From Rhodohalobacter sp. (GTDB lineage Bacteria > Bacteroidota > Rhodothermia > Balneolales > Balneolaceae), in the NCBI GenBank assembly GCA_050486245.1, contig JBJHCX010000002.1:117448-181447 (forward strand): a DNA stretch of 64,000 nucleotides. Reading direction: 5' to 3'. Of this stretch, positions 50,239 to 60,493 are shown one piece after another. Position 1 is the stretch's first letter. Each line of letters begins with the position of its first letter. Both the position numbers and the translations under genes were made by a program. The notes under the pieces were generated by a model, which was given only the letters and a program-made list of their open reading frames with translations, had not been told where the DNA came from and ran no database searches.

Positions 50239-51177
50239 TTGACTAAACGAGTTCTTATTACAGGCGGTGCAGGTTTTTTAGGATCACATCTCTGTGATCG
50301 TTTTCACCAGGAGGGATGGGATGTCATCTGTATGGACAACCTGCTTACGGGAGCCGAATCCAATATTGCTCACCTGATCGGAAAGGAGAGGTTCAGCTTC
50401 ATCAAACATGATGTAACCCACTACATCGTCGTTGAGGGCGAACTCGACCTGATTCTTCACTTTGCATCTCCCGCCTCACCGGTAGATTACCTGGAGATGC
50501 CGATTCAAACCCTGAAAGTGGGATCGCTCGGAACACATAAAGCCCTGGGGCTTGCCAAAGCAAAAAATGCCAAGTTTTTGCTGGCATCGACCAGTGAGGT
50601 GTATGGTGATCCGCTCAAACATCCGCAGGATGAAGATTACTGGGGGAATGTGAATCCGGTTGGATCGCGCGGTGTCTATGACGAAGCCAAGCGGTTTGCC
50701 GAAGCGATGACGATGGCCTATCACCGCTTTCACGGCATTGAGACGGGCATTGTACGGATTTTCAATACATACGGCTCGCGCATGAGGCTGAAAGACGGAA
50801 GGGCATTGCCCACATTTTTCAGACAGGCTCTGAAAGGGGAGCCCATCACGGTATTTGGAGACGGTTCGCAAACCCGTTCATTTACCTATGTTGACGACCT
50901 TGTTGAAGGGGTATACCGGCTGGCACTAAGCGATGAGTCTGAACCTGTCAACATCGGCAACCCGGAAGAGATTACAATTCTCGATTTTGCACGGGAAATT
51001 ATTGAAATTACCGGCAGCAACAGTGAAATTGTGTTTCAGGATCTGCCTGAAGATGACCCCAAAATCAGGCAGCCCGATATTGCAAAAGCGAAAAAAGTGT
51101 TGAACTGGGAACCCCGGTTTGGAAGAAGGGAGGGGCTCCTGAAGACGATGAGTTACTTCAAACAGAAAGTTGGCTGA
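50239..51177 (+). CDS. UDP-glucuronate decarboxylase (UDP-xylose synthase)
   Basis: [46 protein letters not shown]. Confidence 0.92.
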   Translation: MTKRVLITGGAGFLGSHLCDRFHQEGWDVICMDNLLTGAESNIAHLIGKERFSFIKHDVTHYIVVEGELDLILHFASPASPVDYLEMPIQTLKVGSLGTHKALGLAKAKNAKFLLASTSEVYGDPLKHPQDEDYWGNVNPVGSRGVYDEAKRFAEAMTMAYHRFHGIETGIVRIFNTYGSRMRLKDGRALPTFFRQALKGEPITVFGDGSQTRSFTYVDDLVEGVYRLALSDESEPVNIGNPEEITILDFAREIIEITGSNSEIVFQDLPEDDPKIRQPDIAKAKKVLNWEPRFGRREGLLKTMSYFKQKVG

Positions 51178-51181
51178 TCAT

Positions 51182-51643
51182 ATGGCTGAGAAAAGATTAA
51201 TCGATCTGTATGCCTACCGGATGAATGGAGGAGAGCCGGAGTTTTTGCTCTTCAAAAGAGCCGGCGGAAAGATCTACGAAGGCCAGTGGCGGATGATTGG
51301 CGGGAAAGTACAACCGGATGAAACCTATTGGGAAGGTGCATTGCGTGAGCTCAGGGAAGAGACCGGGCTCACTCCAAAGAAATTATGGACGATTCCATCT
51401 GTCAACACGTTCTATGAACATAAAACTGATCGTGTTCACCATATTCCAGCGTTTGCGGCCGAATTGTCGGAAGATCAGTCTCCTGTTCTGGATGATGAAC
51501 ACAGCCGTTTTGAATGGTATTCATTGGAAGAGGCTGTAAAAAAAATTTATTGGCCGGAACAAATACGGCTGATACGGCTTACGAACAAATTGTTAATTGA
51601 AAAGAAAATACTGGAAGATTGGATCGTCTCATTGCCTGCCTGA
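51182..51643 (+). CDS. NUDIX hydrolase (NudB-like)
   Basis: GGKVQPDETYWEGALRELREETG Nudix box; EH...W. Confidence 0.88.
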   Translation: MAEKRLIDLYAYRMNGGEPEFLLFKRAGGKIYEGQWRMIGGKVQPDETYWEGALRELREETGLTPKKLWTIPSVNTFYEHKTDRVHHIPAFAAELSEDQSPVLDDEHSRFEWYSLEEAVKKIYWPEQIRLIRLTNKLLIEKKILEDWIVSLPA

Positions 51644-52860
51644 TACTACTAACCGGAATGTTGCTAATCATTCAGCCTGACACGAGCAAAGCCCAGGCTT
51701 CGGGATATGAACTGATTCCTGCACCTGACCTCTGGTACAATGATGTTGACGGAATACGTGTAGGGGTGCGGCTGAAGGGGCAGGTTCCCGGCTCTTTTGA
51801 TGACGGCCCGCACAGGCTCGATGCCGGTGTTTGGCTCTCTACCTGGTTTCCTGATGTGCCGGTATCCTACTATATCTCTTACACTAACCCGGTAGACAGA
51901 TGGTCAGACTTTGGGAGTGAGGCAAGCTATCAGTTGATCAGTTCGATCAGGACCGGTTATCATATTCATGGTATAGCACTCAACAAGCGGTGGCAGCAGG
52001 GGTTTGATGAACGAAAGTATCGTGAAATCCGGTTTTTCAACTCGTATGAGAGGCGATTTGAGGATGAGTATGCCGCATTTCCGTCATTGTGGGGCAGTGA
52101 TGATAAGGTCAAGTCGTCAATCAGGTTTGAGCTCAGGGATGAAAACAGGGCAGGGTGGTACAAGGTTGAAGGTGACGCAACGGCCCAGTACCTGAATGAT
52201 CCGTTTGGGTTGATGACCGCAACGGCTCTTCAGCATATCGACTTTCACAAGTACTGGGGATTGAAACTGAGGCTTTTTGCAGGAGTTGCCTCCAGTGATA
52301 CGGCGCCTGAATATCTCTTCTCCCGCAGCGGCACCCAGGCCATACATACCCTCCGAAATGGGGTGACACGGGCCAAGGGGACGATTCCGCAGCCCTGGAT
52401 GGAGAGCGGTAAGTTTCAGGTCGCGGGCGGTGCCAATCTGAGAGGGTATACCTCACAGGATGTTGACACATTTATCCCGGAAGACCTGCCGGGCGGAATT
52501 TCAGTGGTTAACCCGTTTTTAATGCGATCGGTTGCCGCTCTGAACGCCGAGTTTGATTACTTTAACCCGATAGCACTGGGGTTCAATCAATTACCCTATA
52601 TCAGCGAATTCCTGACCTTTCGTTCATACCTCTTTTTTGATGCCGGACGTTCTCTGAACCTTCATGAAGGTGAACCCGATACACTTTTTGCTGATGCGGG
52701 AACCGGATTCTCCTTATCTTTAAACATTCCGGACTATTTGGGCAAATCACGCGGTTTTGTACTGAGATATGAAATACCGTTCTGGTTGTCTGACCCGGTT
52801 GATGAAGATTCTTTTAAACTCCGTCACCTGTTCTCATTTGGCGGTGTTATCACGTTTTGA
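51619..52860 (+). CDS. Outer-membrane beta-barrel protein of unknown function
   Basis: Signal peptide, YNDVDG, GGANLRGY, YLFFDAG, DAGTG, terminal F. Confidence 0.65.
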   Translation: MDRLIACLILLTGMLLIIQPDTSKAQASGYELIPAPDLWYNDVDGIRVGVRLKGQVPGSFDDGPHRLDAGVWLSTWFPDVPVSYYISYTNPVDRWSDFGSEASYQLISSIRTGYHIHGIALNKRWQQGFDERKYREIRFFNSYERRFEDEYAAFPSLWGSDDKVKSSIRFELRDENRAGWYKVEGDATAQYLNDPFGLMTATALQHIDFHKYWGLKLRLFAGVASSDTAPEYLFSRSGTQAIHTLRNGVTRAKGTIPQPWMESGKFQVAGGANLRGYTSQDVDTFIPEDLPGGISVVNPFLMRSVAALNAEFDYFNPIALGFNQLPYISEFLTFRSYLFFDAGRSLNLHEGEPDTLFADAGTGFSLSLNIPDYLGKSRGFVLRYEIPFWLSDPVDEDSFKLRHLFSFGGVITF

Positions 52861-52872
52861 TCCCTCAACTCA

Positions 52873-54609
52873 ATGACTCGTTCCATAATTCTTTTAATGC
52901 TTGGTTTTATGCTGGCTTCGTGCACCACAACCCGATGGGTCGTCACGGAAGAGCATGCTGTGGATGAGAGTGCTGAACCCAGGGTGGTGTCTGACCAGAC
53001 CCTCTTCTTGATTGATCAGGAGCCTGTGCCCGATGATCCGGTGTTATCCCTTCAGCTATACCGTATTGTAGAAAAGGAGTACCCGGAAAGGGTGAAAGTT
53101 GAGCGAACCGTACAGAGATACCGGCCGAAGTGGGAATTTGTGGCACTTGGACTCGCCGGAGCGGGGATATCCTTTGTGGCTGCCAATACCGGACTGATCT
53201 TCTCTTCGGTTTCGACAAGTCAGAAACTGGGGTTAAACATTGCCGGTGGTTTACTGAGTATTTTATCTGTTACAAACCTGGAACCGGCCGGCGATCCCAT
53301 CTATACCGGTGAAACGATGATGCTCAGGCGCAGCGGTGCCGAAGTTCGCGTTGACTCTCTTCGGCTTCGGGATCAGGATCGATTTCCCACCACAGATGTA
53401 GCCATTCACTACGAAGATGACCTGATTGCAGAGCAGGATGATATAACCCTGGAAGAGGGGGTTTTGGATTTAAATCTCGCATCACTCGCAGATGATATTG
53501 GAAGGCGTGCTGTGCGTGAATCTGAAATAACGATTCTTATTACCTATAACGGGAAAGAGTTTAAACACCGTGTTCCCGTTACATCCTTCCTGAAACCCCA
53601 CCTGAATATTACCCGTCCGGTCATTACACTGCGCAGTGAACCCGAATCGGGCGATCAGTATGTCGTTGCCGAAGTGGGGATGGGCAGTTTTCTGGAAATA
53701 GCGGATGAACAGGAGAACTGGTTCCGGATCCTTTTTGAAGGAGAAGAGGTGTATGTTGAACGGGATGCCGGTGATGTGGAGTGGATATCAACTGCCGAAT
53801 CGGGGCCGGCCCTTATTTTTGAGTTTGCAGAGGTGCCCTTTGGTGAGATCGATGTGGAAAATGCACTGCCGGTTATTAAGGCTCACAATCCGGATGACCG
53901 GGCTATGATACTTACCAATGGATTGAGCAATGACCTGGGCAGTTTACCCTATCTGGAGAGAGATCATCAGCTTTTTAAATACTATATGACAACCTCCCTT
54001 CAGATGGACGATGACCAGGTGTCGGCCATACAAAAACCCGGCCTGGTAAGTGCGATCGAATCGAAGCCGGATATGGAGGGCCGCGGATCGCTTCATGTCT
54101 ATCTGAGCGGATTTGCCGATGTATCAGACCGGGATGGTGAACATGAGATTGAACTCTTATCTGTGATGGAGGGAGAGGAGTACAGAGTGCCGTTAAGAAC
54201 CCTGTTTGAATCGATCCGGAAGCTCAATCCGGAAGCGCTTTACCTCTATGTTGATCTGGATTACCTGCGTCCCGTCAATCAGTTTGGGAATGGGTTTGTC
54301 AGGAATGGCACAGAGAGTCAGCTGCAGGCACTGGCCAATGTGATTCTTCGGGAATTGCCCAATTCAGTTATTATATTCAGTAACCGGCCGGGCCAGAGAT
54401 CCGGAATCTATACAGGGATCATTGATGGCAACATGAGGCATTCCATTTTCAACTATTACTGGGCGGATGCAATCAAACGGCGGAATGTACGCATCACCGA
54501 TCTGATCAACCACCTTGAGAGGAATGTTGATTATACCTCTCGCCGCCTGCACGACAGGCCACAGGAGATTCAGGTCTACGGCAATCTGACTTTGAACCTA
54601 ACCCGATAG
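52873..54609 (+). CDS. Lipoprotein with SH3-like and degenerate caspase-like (peptidase C14) domains
   Basis: Lipobox LASC; SH3b-like LRSEP...ENWFRI...YV; C-terminal C14-like fold with SGFA and VDLD at the catalytic positions. Confidence 0.65.
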   Translation: MTRSIILLMLGFMLASCTTTRWVVTEEHAVDESAEPRVVSDQTLFLIDQEPVPDDPVLSLQLYRIVEKEYPERVKVERTVQRYRPKWEFVALGLAGAGISFVAANTGLIFSSVSTSQKLGLNIAGGLLSILSVTNLEPAGDPIYTGETMMLRRSGAEVRVDSLRLRDQDRFPTTDVAIHYEDDLIAEQDDITLEEGVLDLNLASLADDIGRRAVRESEITILITYNGKEFKHRVPVTSFLKPHLNITRPVITLRSEPESGDQYVVAEVGMGSFLEIADEQENWFRILFEGEEVYVERDAGDVEWISTAESGPALIFEFAEVPFGEIDVENALPVIKAHNPDDRAMILTNGLSNDLGSLPYLERDHQLFKYYMTTSLQMDDDQVSAIQKPGLVSAIESKPDMEGRGSLHVYLSGFADVSDRDGEHEIELLSVMEGEEYRVPLRTLFESIRKLNPEALYLYVDLDYLRPVNQFGNGFVRNGTESQLQALANVILRELPNSVIIFSNRPGQRSGIYTGIIDGNMRHSIFNYYWADAIKRRNVRITDLINHLERNVDYTSRRLHDRPQEIQVYGNLTLNLTR

Positions 54610-54611
54610 GT

Positions 54612-55472
54612 ATGTCCGGATGGATTTTTGTACTGCTAAGTTCCGCATCATCGGTACTTATTGCACACTTTTTGAAGTCGGCAGAAGACAGAAATCTGAA
54701 TACGGTAAGGGTTTTGACGGTCAACTACCTGGTGGCTGCATCAGTGGCTTTTGCAACATCGGGAGCGAGAATACAGACGCCGGATGCCCTTGTTGAGTCG
54801 GCTCCCGCCATCGGGCTGGCCGCCATCGTCGGATTCATTTTTATAGCCAATTTCTTTATCTACAGCAAATCGGTATATCACAACGGGGTGGGGATCAGCG
54901 TGGCAGCCATGCGAATCTCTCTCATTCTGCCGGTTCTGCTCTCCACACTCTGGTACCTCGACTTGTTGACCGCTGGCCAGTGGGCTGGGGTTCTGCTGGT
55001 ATTCGTTACACTCTACCTGCTGCTTCCCAACAAACGAAAGATGCTGAAAGAACCCTTCAGTGCAGCGTGGCTACTGGTGCTGCTTTTCCTGGGTACCGGG
55101 TTCGGTGATGCATCCCTGAAGATCTATGAAGAGGATTTTTCGTCATACCTCAATAAAGAGCAGTTTATGGGATATGTCTTTTTAACGGCTTTTATTATCG
55201 GGCTGACCGTTGCCATTTGGCGGAAAGGGTGGGTGCTCAAGCGAAGCGAAATCCTGTTTGGGGTGGCCATAGGCATTCCGAATCTCTATTCAGCGATCTT
55301 TTTGATTGAGGCACTGGAACGCATGAACGGTGCAGTTGTTTACAGTAGTGTGAATATTCTGACGGTTGTGGGAGCTACAATATTGGGGATCATGAGGTGG
55401 GGCGATCGGCTGACCCGTTTGCAGTGGGCAGGTATTGCACTCACCGTCATCTCAATTCTATTATTAATTTAA
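54612..55472 (+). CDS. EamA/DMT family transporter
   Basis: About 10 TM helices in two repeats; VNY, GIPN. Confidence 0.8.
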   Translation: MSGWIFVLLSSASSVLIAHFLKSAEDRNLNTVRVLTVNYLVAASVAFATSGARIQTPDALVESAPAIGLAAIVGFIFIANFFIYSKSVYHNGVGISVAAMRISLILPVLLSTLWYLDLLTAGQWAGVLLVFVTLYLLLPNKRKMLKEPFSAAWLLVLLFLGTGFGDASLKIYEEDFSSYLNKEQFMGYVFLTAFIIGLTVAIWRKGWVLKRSEILFGVAIGIPNLYSAIFLIEALERMNGAVVYSSVNILTVVGATILGIMRWGDRLTRLQWAGIALTVISILLLI

Positions 55473-56479
55473 TGAATGACAGTACCATGAGTTTAACTGA
55501 CAAAATACGGGAAAAAGCCGCACAGGCGGACAAAAAAGTGATTTTGCCCGAAGCTGAAAAAGATATACGGGTGATTCAGGCGGCCATTATGCTTCATAGC
55601 CTCGGGCTTGCCCGTCCCGTGCTTATCGGTGAAGAGGCTTCCATTCGAAAGCTGGCCGGAAAGCATGATGCGGTGCTTCCTGATAAGATTGAAATACACT
55701 CCAGCCGGGATGATGGCAAGGCCGGGGAGCGGTATCGGTATTTCGAAAAGAAACTGGCACATAAAAATCCGGATGAAGGTCAGCTCACCAGGCTGAGCAG
55801 GGATCCGCTCTTTATGGCCGGCTGGATGCTGGATCAGGGTGCTGCCGATGCCGCCGTGGCCGGCTCGGTAGCCTCGACAGGTGAAGTCATCGTCTCTGCG
55901 CTTCGCACGGTTGGGGTGGCCCGGCAATCGGAACTGGTATCCAGTACATTTTTGATGGAGATGCCCGATGGAAATGTCTTCACCTATGCCGATTGTGCTG
56001 TGGTCCCGTATCCCGATGCGGCACAGCTCTCATCCATCGCGCTCGATGCGGGCAATACCCACCGGCTTCTGACGGGTGAGGATCCTGTAATGGCGTTTCT
56101 CTCCTTCTCAACGCACGGCAGTGCGAAACATGAAAGGGTAGAGCTGGTACAACAGGCAGTGGCCCTGGCCAAATCCGGGAACAGTGGATGGAAAATTGAT
56201 GGCGAAATGCAGTTCGATACGGCATTTGTACCCGCCGTTGCAGAACGAAAAGCCCCTGAATCGGATGTTGCCGGACGTGCCAACGTGTTTATATTCCCAA
56301 ACCTGGATGCCGGCAATATCGCCTATAAAATTACCGAGCGTCTGGCAGGGGCAACGGCAACGGGTCCCATCCTTCAGGGGCTCTCCAGGCCCTATATGGA
56401 CCTTTCCAGGGGCTGCTCAGTTGACGATATTGTCAACACTTCGTGTGTGGCCATCCTGTTGAGTGAAAAGTCCGGCTGA
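55472..56479 (+). CDS. pta: Phosphate acetyltransferase (short class)
   Basis: LPE, VSS.F.M, ADCAV.P.P, LSFSTHGSA, DGEMQFD.A, FPNLDAGNIAYK, DLSRG. Confidence 0.92.
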   Translation: MNDSTMSLTDKIREKAAQADKKVILPEAEKDIRVIQAAIMLHSLGLARPVLIGEEASIRKLAGKHDAVLPDKIEIHSSRDDGKAGERYRYFEKKLAHKNPDEGQLTRLSRDPLFMAGWMLDQGAADAAVAGSVASTGEVIVSALRTVGVARQSELVSSTFLMEMPDGNVFTYADCAVVPYPDAAQLSSIALDAGNTHRLLTGEDPVMAFLSFSTHGSAKHERVELVQQAVALAKSGNSGWKIDGEMQFDTAFVPAVAERKAPESDVAGRANVFIFPNLDAGNIAYKITERLAGATATGPILQGLSRPYMDLSRGCSVDDIVNTSCVAILLSEKSG

Positions 56480-56599
56480 TAAGAAGAAACCTATCAGCTT
56501 TATAGCTCTATTCGATTAGAGTTTTGAAGCGAAATGTGCGTTCTTTAAGTGTGACAGGTTGGGCTTTAAGATCGCATCAATTTTGCTTATCTTTATTCA

Positions 56600-56667
56600 T
56601 TCCAAATAAGGATAATGGCCTTTAAACAGAGGCCATGTGAACTTGAGGCCGAATTTGGAAGTTATCC
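56600..56667 (+). promoter_or_regulatory. Structured leader candidate upstream of sufB
   Basis: Three complementary pairs: ttccaaat/atttggaa, atggcct/aggccat, ggataa/ttatcc. Confidence 0.35.
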
Positions 56668-56709
56668 GACTGAAATTATGACAACAGTAAGATTCAAAAA
56701 CAGATAAAC

Positions 56710-58152
56710 ATGAGTGAGACACAAGCTCTCGAATCGATGATCGGTGAAGAGTATAAATATGGCTTTACCACCGATGTTGAATACGAAGATTTTCCGACCG
56801 GTATCAATGAAGATATTGTGAGGCTTATTTCCGAGAAAAAAAATGAGCCCGAATGGATGACGGAATTCCGTCTGAAGGCTTACCGTGCGTGGACGGAGAT
56901 GGAAGAACCGGAGTGGTTTAATGCAACCTATAACAAGCCGAAATTTGATAAGCTGCAGTACTATTCAGCTCCCAAGAACAAGCCTAAATTGAATAGTCTC
57001 GATGAAGTTGACCCCAAGATCAGGGAGACCTACGAAAAGCTGGGGATCCCCCTGGAAGAGCAGAAAGCCCTGGCCGGTGTTGCGGTGGATGCCGTTTTTG
57101 ACAGTGTTTCCATCTTTACATCGTTTAAGGAGAAGCTTGCCGAGGCAGGTGTTATCTTCTGTTCTATGTCTGAGGCGATCCAGGACTACCCGGATCTGGT
57201 GAAAAAGTATATCGGCTCGGTTGTACCGGCGCGTGACAACTTTTACGCTGCCCTGAACTCAGCTGTCTTTTCTGACGGCTCGTTCTGCTATGTGCCGAAA
57301 GACACGATCTGTCCGATGGAACTCTCTACCTATTTCCGGATCAATAACATGAATTCGGGCCAGTTTGAAAGAACACTTATCGTTGCTGAAGAGAATAGCC
57401 ATGTTAGTTACCTGGAGGGTTGTACAGCGCCGATGTATGACGAAAATCAGCTGCACGCTGCAGTTGTTGAGCTCGTTGCGCTGGACAATGCGGAGATTAA
57501 ATACTCAACCATCCAGAACTGGTATTCCGGTGATGAGGATGGGAAAGGCGGTATCTTCAATTTTGTGACCAAGCGGGGTATCTGCAAGGGTGACAACTCC
57601 AAGATCTCCTGGACCCAGCTTGAGACGGGTTCTGCCGTAACCCTTAAGTATCCGAGTGTGATTCTGCAGGGCGACAACTCTGTAGGTGAATTTTATTCGG
57701 TTGCCGTAACCAGCAAGCGCCAGCAGGCAGATACGGGCACCAAGATGATCCATCTCGGCAAGAATACAAAGAGTACAATTATCTCCAAGGGAATCTCTGC
57801 CGGCAAATCGGATAACAGCTACCGAGGGCTGGTGAAGTTCAGCAAGAAAGCCGATAATGCACGCAACTACTCCCAGTGTGACTCCATGCTGATCGGGCAG
57901 ACTTGCGGGGCGCATACCTTCCCGTACATCGAATCTGCCAACCCAACCGGCAAGATTGAGCACGAGGCAACCACCTCGCGTGTGGGCGAAGACCAGATTT
58001 TCTATCTGCAGCAAAGAGGCCTGAGCGAAGATGATGCGATTTCGCTGATTGTCAACGGTTTCTGTAAAGAGGTATTGAAAGAGCTCCCGATGGAGTTCGC
58101 CGTTGAAGCGAATAAGCTGCTTGGAATTAAACTGGAAGGCAGCGTCGGATAG
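56710..58152 (+). CDS. sufB: Fe-S cluster assembly protein SufB
   Basis: [41 protein letters not shown]. Confidence 0.98.
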   Translation: MSETQALESMIGEEYKYGFTTDVEYEDFPTGINEDIVRLISEKKNEPEWMTEFRLKAYRAWTEMEEPEWFNATYNKPKFDKLQYYSAPKNKPKLNSLDEVDPKIRETYEKLGIPLEEQKALAGVAVDAVFDSVSIFTSFKEKLAEAGVIFCSMSEAIQDYPDLVKKYIGSVVPARDNFYAALNSAVFSDGSFCYVPKDTICPMELSTYFRINNMNSGQFERTLIVAEENSHVSYLEGCTAPMYDENQLHAAVVELVALDNAEIKYSTIQNWYSGDEDGKGGIFNFVTKRGICKGDNSKISWTQLETGSAVTLKYPSVILQGDNSVGEFYSVAVTSKRQQADTGTKMIHLGKNTKSTIISKGISAGKSDNSYRGLVKFSKKADNARNYSQCDSMLIGQTCGAHTFPYIESANPTGKIEHEATTSRVGEDQIFYLQQRGLSEDDAISLIVNGFCKEVLKELPMEFAVEANKLLGIKLEGSVG

Positions 58153-58155
58153 TAC

Positions 58156-58270
58156 AACCCAGGTACCGGGCAGAGGGGGAGGCCGCTTGCGCTATTTCCC
58201 TGAGGGCGTGCTGAAACGGGATGAATTGAGGATCAGCACCTCTTCCATAATGCCTCAGGTATTCCGGGTT
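58156..58270. other. Nested imperfect inverted-repeat element in the sufB-sufC spacer
   Basis: aaccc/gggtt outer, cctgagg/cctcagg and gtgctga/tcagcac inner stems. Confidence 0.4.
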
Positions 58271-58326
58271 CATAAGAAACCCGATTAAACCATTTTAAAA
58301 ACCAAACCAAAAAAAACGAAATAACC

Positions 58327-59100
58327 GTGTTAGAACTTAAAGATTTACATGTTGAAGTTGAGGGTGAAGGGATTGAGATCCTGAAAGGCGTAAACCTCAA
58401 GGTAAACAAAGGAGAAATTCACGCCATCATGGGACCCAACGGAAGCGGCAAAAGCACGCTTTCCAAAATTGTAGCCGGTCATCCGGAGTATGAAGTAACC
58501 AAAGGCGACATCCTCTATGATGGAGAGAGCATTTTGGAGCTCGATCCTGATGAGAGAGCCCACAAGGGGATTTTTCTCGCTTTTCAGTACCCGGTAGAAG
58601 TGCCCGGAGTGACCAATACCACACTGCTCCGTGAGTCGTACAACACCATTGCGGCGTCTATGGGCAGGGATGAGCTGGATCCCCTCGAGTTTGAGGATTA
58701 CATCAAGGACAAACTTGAGCTGGTTGAGATGAACCCTGAGTTCCTGGAGCGAAGCGTAAACACCGGTTTCTCAGGCGGAGAGAAGAAGCGAAATGAAATT
58801 TTCCAGATGGCTGTCCTGCAGCCCCGACTCTCCCTGCTCGATGAGACCGACTCAGGCCTCGATATTGACGCCCTCAGAGTGGTGTCTAATGGAATTAACA
58901 AACTTCACGGTGAAGAGGATGCCGTTGTGCTGATTACTCACTATCAGCGTCTGCTCAACTACATTGAGCCGGATTTTGTGCATGTCATGATTGGCGGTAA
59001 AATTGTGAAAAGCGGCGACAAAAACCTCGCACTGGAACTCGAGGAGAAGGGATATGACTGGCTCGCAGCACATGCAACCGTAAACGGAGAGGCGAAGTAA
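58327..59100 (+). CDS. sufC: Fe-S cluster assembly ATPase SufC
   Basis: [32 protein letters not shown]. Confidence 0.98.
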   Translation: MLELKDLHVEVEGEGIEILKGVNLKVNKGEIHAIMGPNGSGKSTLSKIVAGHPEYEVTKGDILYDGESILELDPDERAHKGIFLAFQYPVEVPGVTNTTLLRESYNTIAASMGRDELDPLEFEDYIKDKLELVEMNPEFLERSVNTGFSGGEKKRNEIFQMAVLQPRLSLLDETDSGLDIDALRVVSNGINKLHGEEDAVVLITHYQRLLNYIEPDFVHVMIGGKIVKSGDKNLALELEEKGYDWLAAHATVNGEAK

Positions 59101-60419
59101 TGGCACTACCTACACAGGTTGAACCATCATTTTTGCACCGGCTGGCTAAGCACTCTCCAGAGAGTGAAAAGTGGGCCGGGATTCGAAAGGAGAGCTTGCA
59201 GCAGCTGAACTCCTCACCCTTTCCGCACAAGCGAATTGAGGAGTGGAGGTTTACAGACCTGAAACCCTTTACACGGATCGACTTTGTGCCGTTTGCTGAA
59301 GCAGGTGTACTGCCGGCAACGGATATCGAGCAGTACTTTATTCCGGAGTCGGATCGCAGCCGACTGGTCTTTATCAATGGCAAATTTCAGGAGAAATACT
59401 CCTCAATCGGCGGATTGGGCAACGGTGTTACGTTTGGCAATCTGGCCGACTACTCCGATTCCGATATCGTCAAAGAGTACCTGAACAAGCTGGCAGATTA
59501 CGAGAACGATGTATTTGTACCGTTTAACGGCCTGATGTTTGAAGACGGTGCCTTTATTCACCTTGAAAAAGAGGCGAAGGCAGAAGCCCCGATTCAGGTT
59601 CTGAACCTCTATACCGATTCCAAGCAGGCGTTTATTGCAACACCGCGCATGCTGGTTGTGGCTGAAGAGGATTCGGATGTGACGATTATCGAAGATCATA
59701 TCGGGCTGGGTAAAAATGAATACATGACCATTCCGGTGTGTGAAGTGAAGGCAAAACAGCGGGCTCATATTCACCATGTGCGCATCCAGCGTGACAACAG
59801 GAATGCACTGCACGTGTCACGCCCAATTGCCTATGTCGAGAAGAACTCTGAATATCACTCCTATACCATCACCCTGGGAGCAAAACTTTCCAGAAATGAA
59901 CCGAAAGTGATTCAGGAAGATGAGGAGGTCGATTTTACCCTTGACGGACTGGTGCTGATTGACGGTAATCAAATTGCGGATACTCACTCGGTTATGGATC
60001 ACCGATTCTCGCATGCAAACAGTCATCAGCTGCATAAAGTGGTCGTTAACGGAAGTGCACACAGCATCTTCAACGGCAAGATATTTGTCCGCCGCGATGC
60101 CCAGAAGATCGACTCGTTCCAGGAGAACAGAAACCTGCTTCTTTCACAAGACGGCCTGGTGAATACCAAGCCGCAGCTTGAGATTTTTGCAGATGATGTA
60201 CTCTGTTCACACGGTGCAACGATCGGACAGCTCGATCCTGAGGAGGTATTCTATCTTCAGAGCCGGGGTATGACCGAAGAGAAAGCGAAAGAGGTGCTGA
60301 CATACGCTTTTGCACTTGAAACAATTGAGAATATGAAAGTGGAGTCGGTACATCAGCTTCTGGTTGAAGAGGTATACCGCTATACAAAAGCGAATAACGT
60401 AGACAAAGTACCTGCGTAA
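59100..60419 (+). CDS. sufD: Fe-S cluster assembly protein SufD
   Basis: EEWRFT, FNGKI.V...AQK, KPQLEIFADDV.CSHGAT, FYLQSRG. Confidence 0.96.
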   Translation: MALPTQVEPSFLHRLAKHSPESEKWAGIRKESLQQLNSSPFPHKRIEEWRFTDLKPFTRIDFVPFAEAGVLPATDIEQYFIPESDRSRLVFINGKFQEKYSSIGGLGNGVTFGNLADYSDSDIVKEYLNKLADYENDVFVPFNGLMFEDGAFIHLEKEAKAEAPIQVLNLYTDSKQAFIATPRMLVVAEEDSDVTIIEDHIGLGKNEYMTIPVCEVKAKQRAHIHHVRIQRDNRNALHVSRPIAYVEKNSEYHSYTITLGAKLSRNEPKVIQEDEEVDFTLDGLVLIDGNQIADTHSVMDHRFSHANSHQLHKVVVNGSAHSIFNGKIFVRRDAQKIDSFQENRNLLLSQDGLVNTKPQLEIFADDVLCSHGATIGQLDPEEVFYLQSRGMTEEKAKEVLTYAFALETIENMKVESVHQLLVEEVYRYTKANNVDKVPA

Positions 60420-60493
60420 TCACAGACTATTGAGAACGGGCTTTCCGTTAACACGACAGCCCGTTCTCACTCATTTTATTATCAAAATTATCC

